Below are positions 63,221 to 64,000 of a DNA stretch of 64,000 bases, piece after piece. The position numbers and the translations under genes are program-made. Source of the DNA: Salpingoeca rosetta (Eukaryota; Protista; Choanoflagellata); contig JAWQFM010000027.1 in assembly GCA_033442325.1 (NCBI GenBank), positions 811,047 through 875,046 on the forward strand, given 5' to 3'. The notes under the pieces are model-generated. The model saw only the letters and a program-made list of their open reading frames with translations, did not search any database and was not told the origin of the DNA. The stretch's first letter is position 1; every line of letters begins with the position of its first letter.

Positions 63221-64000
63221 TCACCACGATGTCTTGAATCGGCTGCAGTCAGACCAGGCGCGCGTGTGCGGCTCCAACTGCGGATATGCGAGCGCCAACC
63301 GCCTGTTGTGCAGCCCGAAGAATCTGCACACCTCGTGCATGAGCGTTGCGTTCAGGTGCTGCGTTTCAGAATGCATGCGCCATCCCGACGTCTCTTCAAA
63401 GCTCGGCCAGACCTCAGATATCCTATGTTGGGGAGGTGGAGGGGGTGGGTGGGGTGAGAAGGGGGTTTGGAGTTGGAAACGATGTCATCAGACAGACAGA
63501 CAGACAGAGAGACAGACAGACAGAGAGATAGACAGACAGACAGACAGGGAGATGGAGAGATCAGGGGACAGAACCAGGCACAAACACAGGCGCACACGCA
63601 CAGACAAACACACACACACAAACAAACAAACAAACAAACAAACACACACACACGCAGACACAGACGCACAGACACAGACACACACAGACACACGCACATA
63701 CACATTGGAACAGCGCCGCTTACTTGTCGTGAATCATGTCCTGCGAGATGGAAGAAACATCCGTGGGCTCCACGTCGATGTGACGCAAGATGGCGTTAAA
63801 CGTTTCGTTTTGCTTCGATTGCAAGTCCTCCGAAGCGACAATGAGCACGTGGTTTGGCCCAAACATTTGGTCATACACTTGCAGCTGGTCAACGTACATG
63901 CCCCTGTAAACAAAGTCGAATGCAATGTTGGAGGAGCTTCCGCGCGGCCAAAACAATGATGGGTTGAATGCCAGGTAGGGGGCGTTGTCTGGATCGCGCA
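63221..64000 (-). CDS. Sulfotransferase (heparan-sulfate O-sulfotransferase/Sulfotransfer_1-like), 3' part only
   Basis: [28 protein letters not shown]...TFNAILRHI and last exon ...[11 protein letters not shown]...W. 5' part lies outside the window. Confidence 0.8.

Overview
Intron-dense eukaryotic genomic DNA with abundant microsatellites and two N-gaps (6931-7766, 44448-44547). Gene content and composition suggest a choanoflagellate, probably Salpingoeca rosetta (inference). Gene models were built by eye from GT-AG junctions and reading-frame continuity. In order: a tRNA cluster (Asn-GTT and two intron-containing Gly-GCC), myotubularin (+), a bacterial-type hotdog-fold protein (-), THOC2 (+), MAK/ICK kinase (+), a small orphan gene (-), PRPS-associated protein (-) head-to-head with a degenerate uridine-kinase-like gene (+), FUBI-eS30 (+), inner-arm dynein intermediate chain DNAI3/WDR63 (+), a TDA3-like FAD oxidoreductase (-), a large polyQ orphan (+), ZnT7 (-) head-to-head with BORCS8 (+), and the 3' end of a sulfotransferase (-). 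Best leads: (1) introns show transcription-polarised, mutually complementary repeats (G/T-rich 5' half, A/C-rich 3' half, often no pyrimidine tract), suggesting structure-assisted intron definition; (2) twin tRNA-Gly genes have a non-Gly acceptor stem and structurally conserved but sequence-divergent intron hairpins; (3) a structured ~175-nt element sits inside a (TG)n tract; (4) two apparent nucleotide-metabolism pseudoenzymes share a promoter region; (5) Vav-like DH-PH exons lie between the DNAI3 body and an apparent DNAI3 C-terminal helix.
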